Of a stretch of DNA of 59,743 nucleotides, positions 20,101 through 29,176 are shown in pieces. Positions within the stretch are counted from its first letter, which is position 1. Every line of letters starts with the position of its first letter. Position numbers and translations under genes: made by a program. The stretch is from a virus (taxonomy: Duplodnaviria; Caudoviricetes). Under the pieces are notes generated by a model. It worked only from the letters and a program-made list of their open reading frames with translations, did not search any database and was not told where the DNA came from. Location: the IMG/VR virus record IMGVR_UViG_3300015263_000360, positions 1-59,743 of that record, one strand, 5' to 3'.

Positions 20101-23100
20101 TCCTAATGAGAGAACAGCTGTTGTTAAGTCTATTGCAGACGTGCTCACGCGCGCCGGCGTGACGAAGAAGAGAGCCCTCCGTTCGGACAGAGCCCGTGCT
20201 TATCAGGCCCTTATACAAAGCGGCCACGTGCTTCCCTTCAACACCTTTTTAGAGTACGAGAAGGCCGTAAAGACTCAGGCTTTTCCTCCAATTCCTCTGA
20301 TTGAGCATTTCGTTCCTGCTGGAGTGGCTGAAGATATCTATGGATTCCTTGTAGCGCACGAGGAGGCGGCTGGGGATGAGTCTCAGATTCAACCCCCCAC
20401 TGATGCAGAGCGCATTGCGCTTGCCAGAGCCAAGATGTTCCTCCGTAAGTATGCGAATGCCATGGTTCATGGCCTTCCAAGAGAGGATACCACGTCCTGG
20501 GGTCAGCAACGGCTTTGGGGGGCAGTTACCAACAAACTCGACAAGGACTCAGGAAAGCATGCTAATGCAGTTCGATCTGGGATTCTTCTAGAAAGAACAT
20601 ATAAGAAGCTTTCGTTTCTTAGAGCAATTATCCGGCAAGGTGAGCAAGCCATCAAGGAGGCAAAGGGCCTCAAGATGGGTGGTTCTAAGGTTAACCCTGG
20701 GTGGATTCAAAAGCTAGAAACCGAACTAGCTAACCTAAGGCAAGAAGAGAAGAATGTCAGACAATTTCTAGGCAACCTTTCGCCTAAGGGTAGATTCTAT
20801 GGTCCCGCAGGCACGGCCTACTCGTCTGCAAGCTATGGTCTAAAGATCTCTGAATTCTGGAAAGTGCTTCCAGAGCTTCGTCAGGACCTTGAACAGGGCC
20901 TGGTAACTCCTTCCACTGAGCTGAAGGGCGACCCCTTACACAAGACGGTACAGGATAAGTACACTGAGTTCTCGGAAGAAGAGGATCCGTCAAAGCGTGA
21001 GGTGGTTGAAGCTGTCCAAACAGACATGGCCTCATCCACTGGTGTGGATCTTGGAAGACCAAACCGCGTTCGTCAAATCACGGACCTCGAGGTTATGCGT
21101 CTGATGGCGCCAGACATCTACGCTCAAGCCCACGAACGTGCAGATGTCCTGATCAACTTCTATCAAGTGGCCAAGGGACTAGGGTATACATTTCGAGCCG
21201 GTGCTGTAACTGAAGCGGCCCTATCTGAGCCTCTGTTGACGCCAGCTAAAGAACAAGCTCTGAGTTACCTTGAGCGGTTCTATGATGCAGCAGTGGAGGC
21301 AGTGGGGGTGGTAGGAACTCCGGCAAACATCGCAAATATGATGCTGGAAGCAGGTTCTCGTCCAGAATCTATTCGCCTGGGCGTGGCGTTAGTTGCTCGA
21401 CTAGTAGATCGAGCCACGGTGCAATCCGGGATGAGCAGAATTGATGCTGTACGGATGATTGTTCCGCATGTGCTCGCAGTGGAAGAGAACCCAGATGTGG
21501 CCGCAGGGGAAAAAGCTGAAGGTCCTTACGGAGAAATGCGCGGAGGAGCAAACCCAGTCATATTGTTAAACACAGAACCCGTTACCGGATTTGATAGATA
21601 TCATAAGGGCTCCACGTTAATCCACGAAGTGTTGCATGGGCTGCTGGAAAGTGGTGCAATTAGAAAGTTGCTTCCGCCTGAACAGATAGCAAGGCTTGAG
21701 CTATTTCTTGGTGAACAAATTCCAGAGTTCGGAGCAATCCAAAAAAAGAAAAAGATCTCCGTTAGAGGACACGAGCTTTTTGCATCTGGATTAGAGAGAG
21801 TGGCCTCTCTTCACGAGTCAGAAGACCCAGTGCTGAATCGCGCGTTTATTGCGTTACGAGAAGATGCAGTGGATGCATTCACTTCACTGACTAAGGACGG
21901 GGTATTTTCCAATACATCTGGCGTGGCCACTTTTGGCTTTCCCATGATAAACGGAACCGCTGAGGTGTATGCCACGCTTTTCTCTGGCGACAAAGCTCCT
22001 ATGCACATTCTTCCTAGGCTTGCAGTGCCTCGCCAGTTTAGCACAGTAGTGGGAGACAGCGTGGATGGTATTATCATTCACCCAGGGTCCAGAATCGCAA
22101 ATGAAATCCAGTCAATCTCTGGGCTAAACATCTCCTGGGCTATGTTTGATGATATCTTCAAGGCACTGGACGATGCCTCGCTCATTGCAGCAGGGGCTGT
22201 GGAGCGCATTGCTCAAATGAAGCGCACTGCACCAAAGTCCACGCCTGGGCTTACGTACAACGACTTTGTTGAGAACGTGCTTGGCTTAGATCCCAAGAAC
22301 ATCAACGATGAGTATTCTAAGGTGCTCAGGGACGCTCATAAGCTTTCGTTGGATTTTCGTACAGACAAGAAGCGCATCGGCAATAGAGCGAGTATGATAC
22401 AGCAAATTGACCTCACCACTCACAGAGCTTCTGAGGGAGGGGAGATTGCTCTGATGCTTAGGGCCATGCGGGACTTGACTTATCCGCTTCCTTTTGGAGA
22501 CACGGGCACTGCGCAGACTCCGTCGAGCAGACCCACTGCTCTAAGAGAGCAAATTGCACACAGCAGACTAGACAAAGAGGTGGCAGACGCCACGGCCCCG
22601 CTAGCTGGAGTGCAGCTAGACACGGTAGAAAAGGTTATTGACCATTATCTCCGTCTTTCTGCCTCCCCGTTTACCAATCCGGAAGATATTTCCGGTAAAA
22701 GCGCGGTACAAACAGCGTTTCACAAGCTCTGGGCTGTTGTGAAGAACCCTGGGAAGTACTTTGACTCTCGTACTATTGACCTAGAGCGCATTTTACGCAG
22801 TCACGGCTTCACTTCTGAGTACTTCCGCCTCTACAATCAAGCTGGAGTGCTTGCTCAGGCGCGTGAAAACGTGGAACACGATGTGATTGTCTACCAAAAC
22901 GGCAAGTGGGTCAGCATCGGAGAGGGTTTACAGCCTCGTATTGACAGAATTCCTCCTGAAATGCGTGAAGACACGTTCAGATACCTGGCCGCAAGAAGAA
23001 CTCTCGAGCTGGTGGCCAGAAATAAGCGCCTGATGGACAAGTATGAGACCGATTTACTGAAGTGGGAGGCTGGAGAGTACGAAGGTAAGTTCCGTCCGGA

Positions 23101-25762
23101 CAGGCCTAAGACCGTGGAGCTGTCTGCAGACACAATAGCAGCGGCAGTGGTGGCTAAGTACTATCTTGAAGCTCGCTATGGTAAGGAAGGCGGGGAAGTC
23201 GGCAAATTTGCTAAGTCTATCGTGGACTGGGGACACACTGCCATTGTTGACAAGCTTCGTCACTACGGAATGCTCTCGGATAAAGAGGTAAGCGACCTTA
23301 AGGCTAACGGCGAGTGGTGGATTCCTCTTGTTTCTGCCATGGATCACGAGTCCTTCCCCACGGAAAGCATCCCGAATGAGGGAGCTAGAGGCGCTCTGGC
23401 GAATCTACGTGGATTCAGCGGTGAGATCATCCACCCTCTAGAGGAGATGATTGACCGCGCTCAAAAGATCCACATTCTTGTGTCGAATCAGGCTATCCGC
23501 AATGCAGCTCTCGCGGCCATTACTGTGGATCCACGAACTGGGCAGGCTTATTCGGCGGAGCACCTCAAGGCGATTGGGGTGGAGCGTCTGACAGAAAGAG
23601 TGCACCGTCAGATCACGCCACAGGAGTGGCAACAACTCCCTCCGAGCGAAAGAGCGCAGTACACGGTCAAAGGTACCACTAAGTACTACTCCGTGCTAGA
23701 TGAACCTATTGACCGTATGTCGTTCTCGTGGTGGGCAAAGCAGAATTCAGGGAAACTTCCTCACGTGTATTCTCGTTGGATGAATGGGAGGGTTGAGTAC
23801 TATACAATCACCAACAGCGAGATCAAGGAAGCCATAGATTCGATCCCGCCCAAGCAGCTTGGTCCAATGATGAAGCTGCTCTCGGCCACTACACGGTTTG
23901 TTGGTAGCATGATCACCCACGGTCCTATGTTCATTCTGAACATGCCGTTTAAGGACTTCCCGAATGCTATCAACAGAAGCAAGTCTGGTATGAACGTGCT
24001 CACTATCGTCCCTGACTTCATTCGCGGACTAGGAGCAGCTCTGCCGGAGATTTTCCCCACTCTGATGCAGGAGTTTCCTGAGCACTTCGGTCTCTACGCC
24101 AACCGAAGAAAGGGTCTGGCATCACAGACTTCGTTCATGTCCACCTTCAATGAGGCTGTTTCTTCTATTTACTTCCAGAAGGAAGGCTATGAACTCCTTC
24201 CTGACCGCAATGGAGTGAAGCCGCCCAAAACTCTTCGGGCCATGAGAGCAGTCTGGCACGATATAGTGGCGGGCGGTACGAAGGCCGCTGAAGAAACGGT
24301 GGCCATAAAGACTCTAAAGAGACTGCCATCTGTGCTGCGCACTCCACTGCAGCATGTCACTGCTGGTGCCAAGATGGCCTGGGCCGGACTTGGAGCCTTA
24401 TCGTCGTGGACGGATGCCGCGCTCAGAATGCGTGAACGTGAGATGGTAAAGCGGGGCTTGTTTAGTGAACTCGACCGCTTCCGTGATACGCAGAACAGGC
24501 TAAGGAAGGATCAAGAAGCAATTGACGCCATGGCTAAGATTGGTGATGCTATCCCGGATGATTACATAGATGCCCTGGATAGGCAGATCACCCTAGACTT
24601 CAGCAGAAAGGGCGATGTGGTGCAGAAGATCGCAGCGGCCAAGATGTTTGCTGGCCCCATGTTCCAAGACACCACAACCACATTGCAGCGGCTGTTCTCG
24701 CCCAATGGAGCAGAGCGTGCCGCTTTCATTCTACGAGCATTGTCGTCGTACACGATGCCTGCGATTGTCAACTATCTCAGATGGTATGATGACGACGACT
24801 GGAGAAAGCTGTCCGCTTGGGACAAGTATTCCTACTTCCACTTATGGAAGAATGACGACACCTCGTTCAAGAAGGTTCCTAATGGCCTTGGTGTGATGAG
24901 CGTGTTGTTCAAGGACATCCCAATCGGCATTATGGAAATGGTCTCTAATCGTGACCAATACGCCATGGAGAAACTTAAGAATCAAATCGTAGAGCAGACA
25001 CCCCTCATCTTTGTTCCTGTCGTGCAGGACGCCAAGGAGTGGCTTGTCAATGTCATGCCTACAATTCTAGAACCCGTGGCAGAAGTGGGGGTGAACTGGA
25101 ACACGTTCGCCAACGCTCCTGTGGATCCTTATGACAAGTTCACGAGCGCTCCTCGCCCTGAGGATCGCGGACTTGCCAAGTATGGGGTAATTGAGAAGTT
25201 CCTTGCTAATGCCATGGGAACCTCTCCACTCAAGGTGGGGCATGTGCTTCGCAGCACATTCCCTGGAGTGGGACAGATTGCCTACGGAGGGGTCAACGAG
25301 GTTCTAACCTCTGTGTACAGACACATCACAGGGGACAATGAGGTGGGTTCCGAGTACAAGGCTACACCCAAAGAGATCGTGCTCAAGCTTGACACAGGTA
25401 GAACCTGGGGTCCAGCGTCTCAGCCTGTCAATGACCTGTACTTCGCCTATGATAGGGCGGCCAAGGCTCACAAGTCTATGACAAAGGCTTATGAAAGCGG
25501 CTACACGGCTAAGGGTGACGCTATCTGGAAGGGATCTCCTGAGCTAGCCTACTATGATCTTCTGAAATCTGGTTACGGTATGATCACACAACTCAAGATT
25601 AAGAAGGCGCAGTACCTTAAGGCTAGTAACGAACCAGATTCCGTGAAGGAACTTACCTCTACAGAGGTATTTGACAGACAAATGACGATGCTTGCGGATG
25701 AGATCCTAGCAGAGATGCGAAGAGCCTCCTCTCGCACACCAGCACAAGGAATAAAAAAATAA
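17117..25762 (+). CDS. Giant internal virion/ejection protein with HExxH zincin-like motif and LPD38-like C-terminus
   Basis: 2881 aa; TLIHEVLHGLL plus downstream HELFA; DDDWRKLSAWDKYSYF...KVP resembles LPD38. Confidence 0.7.
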   Translation: MPNDFLDPFKWSTAELEFKDPFTWTDPDPWEDRGIFERNTDTGEIRLKAIPGALGGLSEDYYKQHEEITKDKDSILSDLDLTNWGKEDSSNPAYNLALGAGVGLSRMGTDIYHGGSSVYWDMIGAGWDAIGAEDLADQAESYARYHKEVKQEYQDAYQELRPTVNPKDDGILDQFITGENDPWKKFNDFAFFFGENAAPMFAASGLGSVASLATRGAFTAAEAGGFITQALYGADTFQDSYLETREQGLSVIPAAAAAGSAAIISGKLERYGFENIMRPGQGIIRSTIEGALKEGITEGTQQLATGTINEVMPVAMNEGIKGLVDPNQIQWGDFFKEVRENTLGGAFIGGPIKGGITGINRLLAAEQKKPLADVRFDELSEKQKESLNKDLAVLKTTMYGRGLGQLGYSDIHRPYVEAFLTKWGHVTDFKNGLEEAIRQEADAFMRSKSSTLKSLSETQVQAETLGNMEFTENPAPTEKPPIDVDHEEDIPDFWEILQRDVPQQQAPNDWRTVQKDFQSRLNAAETIMDTFGVLDAETVRSIDLGFLAFIGDGRSGLLTPAQRERAINLYERMARVATDKKDISTVFSTLELLQSDADLLPQATADQLAPLFQQLDQVRSIDTDITVKSQAVNAAIASIKDQFGGNITSQAEDLLADLQADLISQADEIRASSSEADPIVRKLNALAANVGSLLPSRKQATPSTTQEEEFQAMDSYATDIHTVAKSVGDDVDLLRSLFNSMVTTRVNMGSTPETGVGLSTREVQTMSRQLMDDVNVQELMKQILTKGEQDILTAAANGMPIQNAETAIDWAAVEERVLTARVGAIDNKWRKAAQQASAQGRDSLFFKVMGGKPHQDSAIKSARVSAQASSDLMSQIWEKRKEVDELRKLLRKAKRIGVTYGDDQQAALIDLYQDSYDTASESLAHHEREVSNLTRARKLVEEAEAALWDTAFDTDKSGDIDLAVKDSDRKLAVDTLIYSLKREVFAHASSRDLNDPNERTAVVKSIADVLTRAGVTKKRALRSDRARAYQALIQSGHVLPFNTFLEYEKAVKTQAFPPIPLIEHFVPAGVAEDIYGFLVAHEEAAGDESQIQPPTDAERIALARAKMFLRKYANAMVHGLPREDTTSWGQQRLWGAVTNKLDKDSGKHANAVRSGILLERTYKKLSFLRAIIRQGEQAIKEAKGLKMGGSKVNPGWIQKLETELANLRQEEKNVRQFLGNLSPKGRFYGPAGTAYSSASYGLKISEFWKVLPELRQDLEQGLVTPSTELKGDPLHKTVQDKYTEFSEEEDPSKREVVEAVQTDMASSTGVDLGRPNRVRQITDLEVMRLMAPDIYAQAHERADVLINFYQVAKGLGYTFRAGAVTEAALSEPLLTPAKEQALSYLERFYDAAVEAVGVVGTPANIANMMLEAGSRPESIRLGVALVARLVDRATVQSGMSRIDAVRMIVPHVLAVEENPDVAAGEKAEGPYGEMRGGANPVILLNTEPVTGFDRYHKGSTLIHEVLHGLLESGAIRKLLPPEQIARLELFLGEQIPEFGAIQKKKKISVRGHELFASGLERVASLHESEDPVLNRAFIALREDAVDAFTSLTKDGVFSNTSGVATFGFPMINGTAEVYATLFSGDKAPMHILPRLAVPRQFSTVVGDSVDGIIIHPGSRIANEIQSISGLNISWAMFDDIFKALDDASLIAAGAVERIAQMKRTAPKSTPGLTYNDFVENVLGLDPKNINDEYSKVLRDAHKLSLDFRTDKKRIGNRASMIQQIDLTTHRASEGGEIALMLRAMRDLTYPLPFGDTGTAQTPSSRPTALREQIAHSRLDKEVADATAPLAGVQLDTVEKVIDHYLRLSASPFTNPEDISGKSAVQTAFHKLWAVVKNPGKYFDSRTIDLERILRSHGFTSEYFRLYNQAGVLAQARENVEHDVIVYQNGKWVSIGEGLQPRIDRIPPEMREDTFRYLAARRTLELVARNKRLMDKYETDLLKWEAGEYEGKFRPDRPKTVELSADTIAAAVVAKYYLEARYGKEGGEVGKFAKSIVDWGHTAIVDKLRHYGMLSDKEVSDLKANGEWWIPLVSAMDHESFPTESIPNEGARGALANLRGFSGEIIHPLEEMIDRAQKIHILVSNQAIRNAALAAITVDPRTGQAYSAEHLKAIGVERLTERVHRQITPQEWQQLPPSERAQYTVKGTTKYYSVLDEPIDRMSFSWWAKQNSGKLPHVYSRWMNGRVEYYTITNSEIKEAIDSIPPKQLGPMMKLLSATTRFVGSMITHGPMFILNMPFKDFPNAINRSKSGMNVLTIVPDFIRGLGAALPEIFPTLMQEFPEHFGLYANRRKGLASQTSFMSTFNEAVSSIYFQKEGYELLPDRNGVKPPKTLRAMRAVWHDIVAGGTKAAEETVAIKTLKRLPSVLRTPLQHVTAGAKMAWAGLGALSSWTDAALRMREREMVKRGLFSELDRFRDTQNRLRKDQEAIDAMAKIGDAIPDDYIDALDRQITLDFSRKGDVVQKIAAAKMFAGPMFQDTTTTLQRLFSPNGAERAAFILRALSSYTMPAIVNYLRWYDDDDWRKLSAWDKYSYFHLWKNDDTSFKKVPNGLGVMSVLFKDIPIGIMEMVSNRDQYAMEKLKNQIVEQTPLIFVPVVQDAKEWLVNVMPTILEPVAEVGVNWNTFANAPVDPYDKFTSAPRPEDRGLAKYGVIEKFLANAMGTSPLKVGHVLRSTFPGVGQIAYGGVNEVLTSVYRHITGDNEVGSEYKATPKEIVLKLDTGRTWGPASQPVNDLYFAYDRAAKAHKSMTKAYESGYTAKGDAIWKGSPELAYYDLLKSGYGMITQLKIKKAQYLKASNEPDSVKELTSTEVFDRQMTMLADEILAEMRRASSRTPAQGIKK

Positions 25763-25773
25763 CAGGAGGGGTT

Positions 25774-26124
25774 ATGTTGATGTTCTTTTTACCAACAATG
25801 CTACTAGGCTTAGCTGAAGGAGCGATCTCGCTTTCTCTCCCTGTGGTTGGGATAACAGTGACTATTGTGCTGGCCCTGATTGGACATGCCCTTGCGCTGT
25901 TTAAATGGGGAAGTAAAATCACTTCAACCGTGGAGTCTATTTCGCCTAAAGTTCAAGATCTGACCTTAGAAGTGGACCGAATTCTTACTAAGCTAGAAGT
26001 TATTGCCAATGGCTTAGCTGTGCAGGCCACTAAGATGGAACAAGTGCAGTCTAACACGCAGCGTATCTACGCCTTAGAGCAAATTGTGTGGGCTCTTAAT
26101 GCAAAAGTAGGTGACAAGAAGTGA
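25774..26124 (+). CDS. Membrane protein with coiled coil (holin/antiholin candidate)
   Basis: N-terminal hydrophobic helices then coiled coil; directly upstream of lysozyme. Confidence 0.55.
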   Translation: MLMFFLPTMLLGLAEGAISLSLPVVGITVTIVLALIGHALALFKWGSKITSTVESISPKVQDLTLEVDRILTKLEVIANGLAVQATKMEQVQSNTQRIYALEQIVWALNAKVGDKK

Positions 26125-26591
26125 GAGTATCTCTAGCCGCTCTTCGGATTCTAGAACATCTGGAGGGATTTGAGCCAAAGCCTTACAAGGACGGTAGAGG
26201 GTATTCAATTGGGTTTGGTCACCAGATTAGACCAGGAGAAGACCTAACAGAAGTTACCGTGGAGGAGGGGAGGGAACTCCTTCTCAGGGATGTGGGCTAC
26301 ATAGAGGAGCGGCTAGAGAAACTAGTTCAAAGATCGCTGGGACAGCACCAATGGGATGCGCTCGTGCTATTTACTTACAACGTGGGGGTGGACAATCTCA
26401 TAGGCACCAACACTCTTGCTGCTATAAACGAAGAGCGCGATGGCGATGTTCCGGATTGGATCAAGAAGTGGAACAAAACTCGTGATGTCGATGGAAACCT
26501 GGTGAAGAATAACTCGTTAACCCGCAGAAGAGCATTTGAGGCTGAGATATGGCAAGGTCTCTACGATTTAAACTTAACAACCCATATATAA
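26121..26591 (+). CDS. Endolysin, GH24 phage lysozyme
   Basis: LEGFEPKPYKD...SIGFGH, QWDALVLFTYNVG, LTRRRAFE motifs. Confidence 0.92.
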   Translation: MRVSLAALRILEHLEGFEPKPYKDGRGYSIGFGHQIRPGEDLTEVTVEEGRELLLRDVGYIEERLEKLVQRSLGQHQWDALVLFTYNVGVDNLIGTNTLAAINEERDGDVPDWIKKWNKTRDVDGNLVKNNSLTRRRAFEAEIWQGLYDLNLTTHI

Positions 26592-26902
26592 TCATATGGC
26601 GAGATCACTACCAACATGCATCAGACAACGCATGGGTGGATAAGACGGAAATAAACGCAGATGCTGCTTACGTTATTACATTAGGTTATGTTACAGCTTC
26701 CTCAAAGAAATCTGTTGCGATCAGCGGAAGCGTGGGCGTGGGGAGTGACACTCAAGTTAGCGCTCCTATGGTTATATTGCGTGAGTGCATTGAGTATTCT
26801 ATTGATCTTAGTCCCATTCAAAAAGAAATAGAGGAGCTCGGTCTTGAGAGGGAAACTTCGGGACAAGCAGAAGGATCGTCCAAAAAAAATAGGACAAAGT
26901 AA
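26549..26902 (+). CDS. Hypothetical protein (start uncertain)
   Basis: WRDH...W...TLGYV pattern seen in small phage proteins. Confidence 0.5.
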   Translation: MARSLRFKLNNPYIIIWRDHYQHASDNAWVDKTEINADAAYVITLGYVTASSKKSVAISGSVGVGSDTQVSAPMVILRECIEYSIDLSPIQKEIEELGLERETSGQAEGSSKKNRTK

Positions 26903-26907
26903 ACGCC

Positions 26908-27177
26908 ATGTCATTGATCGAATCAGAGAAGAGGAACTGGAAAGAGAAAGGGATCCCCGGACCCTGGATGATCTTTCTGGTGACGATTTCAGCCCTGGGG
27001 TCATACTTCCTGGCGGGCTTCAATGTGGGAGTGTTCTATCATCTGATAGTGAATGCCACTGAATTCTGGCCTATGATCTACACAGCGGCCCTTGGTGGTT
27101 TTTATTTCTTAAGAAAGCAAAAGGTGACTCCAGATGTGGTCGAAACAGAGGGTACTCTCAACAGTCAGAAGCCTTAG
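26908..27177 (+). CDS. Holin candidate
   Basis: 89 aa with 2-3 hydrophobic segments and charged C-tail in the lysis cassette. Confidence 0.55.
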   Translation: MSLIESEKRNWKEKGIPGPWMIFLVTISALGSYFLAGFNVGVFYHLIVNATEFWPMIYTAALGGFYFLRKQKVTPDVVETEGTLNSQKP

Positions 27178-27802
27178 CTTTGGCGCCCTCGTGATCCTTG
27201 CGATCAGCGGGTGGGGGATGGCTGCATTCTTTAAGGCAAGTATCACGCCCCCAGTAATTCCTGGCGAGCGCGAGCTCGTACAGAAGCAGCTTCCTCTGGA
27301 GCGCGGAGAGGAAAGAGTCGAGATTCCTTGTGTGAAGGTGGCAGCGATCCACAGTAGCAAGTCCCCAGCGCTACAGTCCACGCCCCGCAGCGAAGGCAGC
27401 GGTACTGATACTGGTGACTCCAGTCAACCCAGTGCTCATAGTACCCCGGTTTTCCCTTTACTTCTAGACAGAATTGAAGTGTTGCCGTCTCGGGACCCAC
27501 AGAAGTTTGAAGTGCGTCTGGAGGACTCAGGTCTAACGTCAGTTGTAAGTGTTCACCAGGGCGGATTTGCACGGTTTGGCGGAGAGCGGTATGCATTTAT
27601 TGACCTTCAATCGGAATGGAGTCAACACTTAAACCGTGAATCAGTGACAGTAGGAGTGCATCAGGATCTCGGTCGCTTATGGCGCGTGGAGACGATGCTG
27701 GAAGCTTACGTTGGAGTACAGCGTATTCGTTTAGACAGCGAGCTATCTGGATCCACTGATCCAGTGTTAGGCGCACGCTTACGAGTGGCTCTTCCGTTTT
27801 AA
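27134..27802 (+). CDS. Membrane-anchored protein, spanin candidate
   Basis: N-terminal TM helix; C-terminal amphipathic beta-strands ending in Phe. Confidence 0.45.
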   Translation: MWSKQRVLSTVRSLSFGALVILAISGWGMAAFFKASITPPVIPGERELVQKQLPLERGEERVEIPCVKVAAIHSSKSPALQSTPRSEGSGTDTGDSSQPSAHSTPVFPLLLDRIEVLPSRDPQKFEVRLEDSGLTSVVSVHQGGFARFGGERYAFIDLQSEWSQHLNRESVTVGVHQDLGRLWRVETMLEAYVGVQRIRLDSELSGSTDPVLGARLRVALPF

Positions 27803-27996
27803 CGCTCACCATTTCTTCCTACAATCCGCAGACAAGCGGCGATCTTTTCTTTACACTCCTCGTCAGAGAGACCCTCTTCTCCTTCTCTACAATTCACCAC
27901 ATGAAGATTCTGTAGCAGAGGAGACCTAATATCAAGGTTAACACCGCACCATGGGCAGTTAGTACTCTCTGATTTCTGCATTTCTTTTTCCCTCAA
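27799..27996 (-). CDS. Small Cys/His zinc-finger-like protein
   Basis: CPWCG...HVVNC motif. Confidence 0.5.
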   Translation of the reverse strand: MREKEMQKSESTNCPWCGVNLDIRSPLLQNLHVVNCREGEEGLSDEECKEKIAACLRIVGRNGER

Positions 27997-28148
27997 GTAT
28001 CTTTTCTAGTCTCTTCCACGAATCATCTTTCGGATTAGGGTGGTGAGCTGAGTCTAAAACCTGGGTGCCGTTCACGCCTTTCCAAAAACAGAGAATCTTC
28101 TTCTGTATAATGTACCAGTCCCATGTTGGGTCATATATACATCTATAC

Positions 28149-28553
28149 TTAGTCATCGAACAATGTCCCTTCCAGAGACAACTCTGTCTTAAGAGCAATG
28201 TCCACATCTCCGGTGGGCTTGCCCTTCTTGCGGTAGCCGCCTTTCGCTCCAGGGCCAAATGTTTTACCCCATCCTTCCTTCTTAGCCAGCTCCACCACCT
28301 CCTTGTATCCTTCTTCCTCCCAGCCTCTTGACAGTCCAAGGGCTTGCTCGCAACGGGATTGCAATTCAACCCATTGCTGGGGAGATAAATTGACAAGCTG
28401 GCCATGAATCATTAGACCCATGGCCTGAGCTTGTTCAAGTATTATATCACCAGTTAGTCCTGGCATCAAGTAGAACCATAGCTTCGAGGCTCTAAGTGGT
28501 GGGGTGTGATCAGGTAGTGGCACTTTCGAGTTGACCCCAGATATGTGAGTCAT
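28149..28553 (-). CDS. Hypothetical protein
   Basis: 134-aa ORF in tightly packed minus-strand operon. Confidence 0.55.
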   Translation of the reverse strand: MTHISGVNSKVPLPDHTPPLRASKLWFYLMPGLTGDIILEQAQAMGLMIHGQLVNLSPQQWVELQSRCEQALGLSRGWEEEGYKEVVELAKKEGWGKTFGPGAKGGYRKKGKPTGDVDIALKTELSLEGTLFDD

Positions 28554-28911
28554 AGAATTGCTCGCAAAGGGTACCTTCGTCTCTGGAAATTCTCACAGCT
28601 CTATCGTCCCACAGCTCTAGCATGTACGGATCTTTAGAAGCAGTGACTTCTAATGGACGCCCTATGTGCTTCTCACACCAATCTTGAATCAGAATTGTCT
28701 GCTTCTCTATGCGTTCAGGAGTTTCCGTGGGACCCACTCTAGCGGTGCAGATCTTCACGTGAAGTCCTCTATCAATGGCTCGCTTAACCATCTCAACCAT
28801 GCGGTGGACAGGCGCATTAACTCCTTCTCCATCCCAGCCTTCTGGGTGGTTAGTGTCCCACCACTCTGCCAGCGTGCCATCTAGGTCCACTCCTACCCAG
28901 TTCTTATGCAT
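28510..28911 (-). CDS. HAD-superfamily phosphatase (PNKP 3'-phosphatase-like)
   Basis: VGVDLDGTLA (DxDxT), ICTAR, K and LWDDRA motifs. Confidence 0.85.
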   Translation of the reverse strand: MHKNWVGVDLDGTLAEWWDTNHPEGWDGEGVNAPVHRMVEMVKRAIDRGLHVKICTARVGPTETPERIEKQTILIQDWCEKHIGRPLEVTASKDPYMLELWDDRAVRISRDEGTLCEQFYDSHIWGQLESATT

Positions 28912-29176
28912 TGGCGTTAGACTTGTCCTTTCCTTGCTTAATCTCAAGTCTCGAGAAATCCACATCAACAAGCTTGGCTGCTTCTAGCCACTTGTCATCT
29001 CCGTTCACGTAGTCGAAGTAATCTCTGCCGTGCTGCTCCCACCACCAGATACAGCGGTCACGGAGCATCTCTTCCACGTTAAAGAGGGCCTCTTCTAAGC
29101 GGTCAATCCTTCTCTCATAGCGATCCATCACTTCACCTAGGTCATATAGGTTGACCATAGTCGTGCTCCATTTCAA
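28904..29176 (-). CDS. Hypothetical protein
   Basis: ORF overlapping both neighbours by a few bases. Confidence 0.55.
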   Translation of the reverse strand: MKWSTTMVNLYDLGEVMDRYERRIDRLEEALFNVEEMLRDRCIWWWEQHGRDYFDYVNGDDKWLEAAKLVDVDFSRLEIKQGKDKSNANA

